This document shows positions 62,013 through 64,000 of a DNA stretch of 64,000 nucleotides, one piece after another. Origin of the DNA: Leucoraja erinacea (lineage: Eukaryota); assembly GCF_028641065.1 (NCBI RefSeq), contig NC_073395.1, positions 29,822,001-29,886,000 of the forward strand, written 5' to 3'. The translations under genes were made by a program, and so were the position numbers. The notes below the pieces were generated by a model. The model was not told where the DNA came from and did no database searches. It saw only the letters and a program-made list of their open reading frames with translations. Every line of letters begins with the position of its first letter. The first letter of the stretch is position 1.

Positions 62013-62143
62013 GCAGAAGGAAATCCAGATGCTTCTTTATACCAAAGATAGACACAAAAAGCTGGAGTAACTCAGTGGGACAGGCAGCATCTCTGGAGAG
62101 AAGGAAATGGAGACATTTTGGGTCAAGACCCTACTTCAGACTG
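62013..62143 (-). mobile_element. Short PLE-derived unit
   Basis: GCTGGAGTAACTCAG...GGTCAAGACCCTACTTCAGAC. Confidence 0.72.
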
Positions 62144-63154
62144 TCAATAGAGTATTTTAAGATTAAGAACAATGGATTCCATTGTCTTAATGTTGAGAAG
62201 CATCATGGTTCTACTATACATTTCAATTTGCTTCAAGAAATGCTTTGTAAAACACTTTAAAAAAATGATAACTGTGGACACACGATACAATTTCAGATGT
62301 TCATATGTTTTGCCTGTAAATCCAGATGAAAACAAAAGTAATTTTAAAAGCAGCTTTTACATTGGAATTTTTTAATAGAAAGAACTCTCTTCAAAAGCTC
62401 CTGTGTATTTGCATCATCCCTGATTTAGTTATGATTATCTCATCACTGTCTCGGCAGAGGAAGACTGTCAGCAACCTTAATGCACAGACAGGAGCTTTGT
62501 TGCTGTGTAATAGGCAGATGAATTCTGCTTCAGAAGACAGCTTTACAGCTTGATTTGCTCTGTGTCATATTTGCTTAAATAATAGAGTCTTTTATATCCT
62601 TTATTGAGAAAACTAGCAATCGCCTAATGGGAATTCAATGAAGCAGATTGCCAGGTATTTTTATCTCCATATAGATGGAACAGCCTCACAGCCCTGGTGA
62701 TAAGAACCTCTGGAAAGAACCCACTCAAAGAAAGCAGTCCACATTTTATCTCGGGTTTTGCTGTTCAACTGCTTATGCTCTATATTCAATGGAGCATTAA
62801 ACCACCATCCGCAGGGAACGGGCTCCAACCAAGGAGCCACAGCATGTGTAATTTTATCGAGAGTGTTTGAATTGGCCTGGACATGTCTGTGGTGTTTGAG
62901 GCAGAGAATATGCAATCTGGAGCCTAATCAGAATGTGGCTCTTACCTGCAGCAGTGCACTGTAACCAATTTACACCAGCATGTTTCATGCAGTGGACTAT
63001 GATTGGGTTGAGCCATTTCAGTGAAACATCCACTGATACATTTATGCTCGGAGGGACTGTGACAACTGAGCTGCAAAGTTGCAAATATCTTGAGCAAAAT
63101 CGCCTGTAGGTTGAAGCAATGAAGTTGATTGCAACTGTGCTGGCATAAAATGCA

Positions 63155-63255
63155 TCAAGGTCATCCTACCTATCGCCTGCAGTGTTCCAGGCAGAGAGGA
63201 GAATACTGCTGATTGGTATAACTGGCAATTATCTTAACGGGTGGATTTATAAAAG
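63155..63255 (+). promoter_or_regulatory. Possible promoter motif cluster (TCAAGGTCA, inverted CCAAT, TATAAAAG)
   Basis: Motifs at 63155-63163, 63212-63216 and 63248-63255 in repeat-free DNA; motif match only. Confidence 0.2.
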
Positions 63256-64000
63256 CTATTTGACGGGGTCACTTGGTATTGATTGTGATAAAATATAAAT
63301 TGTTTTTTTTTTTTTAAACTCCATGCTACAGCTTTGTGAAGCTATCTGTAGACGAGGCAGTGGGGAGAGTTGGAAGCTGCTGTTTATTGTGCTTTGTAAG
63401 TCATTTTGACCACACCTTGCATACCAAGTTCTAAAAAAAAAATCATTGCGATGTTATTTCTCCAGGTATTTAAATTTAAAAAAAAGATTTCAGTGAAATA
63501 AAAGTTGTTTGGAATAATTCCACAGGTTATTATTACTGTACATTGTGTTATCACGAACACATACCAGAAATATAGGAACAATTAATCAGTAAATGAAAAT
63601 CAAAGAAAAGATAATGCTCAAAATCTGAAATATAAACTGAAATACAGGAAATACTCAGCAGGTCAGTTGTAGATTGACAAGGTCAATAACTGCTCTTTTA
63701 ATCACTACACTTGTATTTGTTGCAAAATGGTTTATGTTGCAAGGGAATTTTTTTGAGCAATATACATTTTGACAATGCTCCTTTGCATCAAATAATAAGA
63801 ATATTCTGCAATAAATAAGAAAATGATGAAGACGAGTTATAGTGAGAATGTTTGAAAACCATATTTAAATTGAATACTAATGTAGTCTAGTTGGATTAAT
63901 TGAGCCATTCCCAGCTGAATCCAGGGCAAACCAATTTTACATGAGGAGTTGTGCTATTGCAAAGGAGAATTGATTAAGCATGGGAGATCGACACAAAATG

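Overview
Vertebrate nuclear DNA, most likely from a cartilaginous fish (skate/ray; inferred from HE1/V-SINEs, HER1-type CR1 LINEs and a SacSINE-like DeuSINE). The window is intronic or intergenic and roughly half transposon-derived; no complete host gene is recognisable and most listed ORFs are TE remnants or chance. It contains many CR1 and Rex1/Babar LINE fragments, tRNA-derived SINEs, Penelope-like (PLE) fragments, an internally deleted Gypsy provirus plus a related solo LTR, two non-autonomous Helitrons in opposite orientation, nested PIF/Harbinger MITEs and hAT-like elements. The most interesting signals are: (1) an abundant short PLE-derived unit carrying a minimal hammerhead-ribozyme core, found as TSD-flanked monomers, palindromic dimers and tandem arrays; (2) a Gypsy copy whose primer-binding site copies about 47 nt of tRNA-Leu and joins directly to the integrase region; (3) an interleaved Gypsy/CR1 mosaic, probably an assembly artefact; (4) templated fold-back insertions; (5) weak candidate host exons. 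All coordinates were read by eye, and boundaries of degraded elements are approximate.
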